Source: an uncultured virus (IMG/VR IMGVR_UViG_3300047546_001556)
Taxonomy: Duplodnaviria > Heunggongvirae > Uroviricota > Caudoviricetes > Autographiviridae
DNA length: 64,000 nucleotides
Virus record (IMG/VR): IMGVR_UViG_3300047546_001556
Strand: one strand, 5' to 3'
Both the position numbers and the translations under genes were made by a program. Shown here piece by piece: positions 63,982 through 64,000 of this stretch (position 1 is its first letter; every line of letters starts with the position of its first letter). The notes under the pieces were generated by a model. That model saw only the letters and a program-made list of their open reading frames with translations. It was not told where the DNA came from and searched no databases.

Positions 63982-64000
63982 CAGGAGATCTCCTCTTGGA

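Noticed and set aside
1..64000. CRISPR array, DGR/retron, rRNA
   Set aside because: No regularly spaced 25-40 bp repeats, no reverse transcriptase motifs and no rRNA-like sequence were seen.

Overview
The whole window is phage DNA, most likely from cyanophage(s), and no host chromosomal genes were recognised. It has two parts. (A) About 20-64 kb is a near-complete T7-like cyanopodovirus on the minus strand: early genes, MarR-like regulator, tyrosine integrase with an intact attP (5' half of tRNA-Leu(CAG)), single-subunit RNA polymerase, SSB, endonuclease, primase-helicase, PolA, exonuclease, MazG-like protein, ThyX, class II RNR, portal, scaffold, capsid, tail tube, internal virion proteins and tail fibre. 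Its terminase lies upstream of the early genes, so the sequence runs across the genome end. (B) About 1-20 kb is a visibly GC-richer second phage module: its own early operon, TerS-like genes, exonuclease, prim-pol/helicase with an iteron-rich origin, a second PolA, a serine recombinase, a second ThyX, an RpoD-like sigma factor and a lysis cassette. The two parts meet in the tail-tip genes, so this is either a true hybrid or a chimeric assembly. The most novel signal is a candidate gene-cassette system present in both parts. Six 15-bp sites, (T/A)AG(T/G)-N7-(A/T)CTA, sit at cassette boundaries; five contain the TAG stop of the upstream small gene, and a homologous cassette with identical ends occurs in both arrays 41 kb apart. 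Also notable: repeated T-loop three-way-junction RNA elements between early genes, a cysteine-less thioredoxin-fold ORF coupled to PolA, and several recurring regulatory motifs. All product calls come from reading motifs and synteny by eye; no database searches were run.
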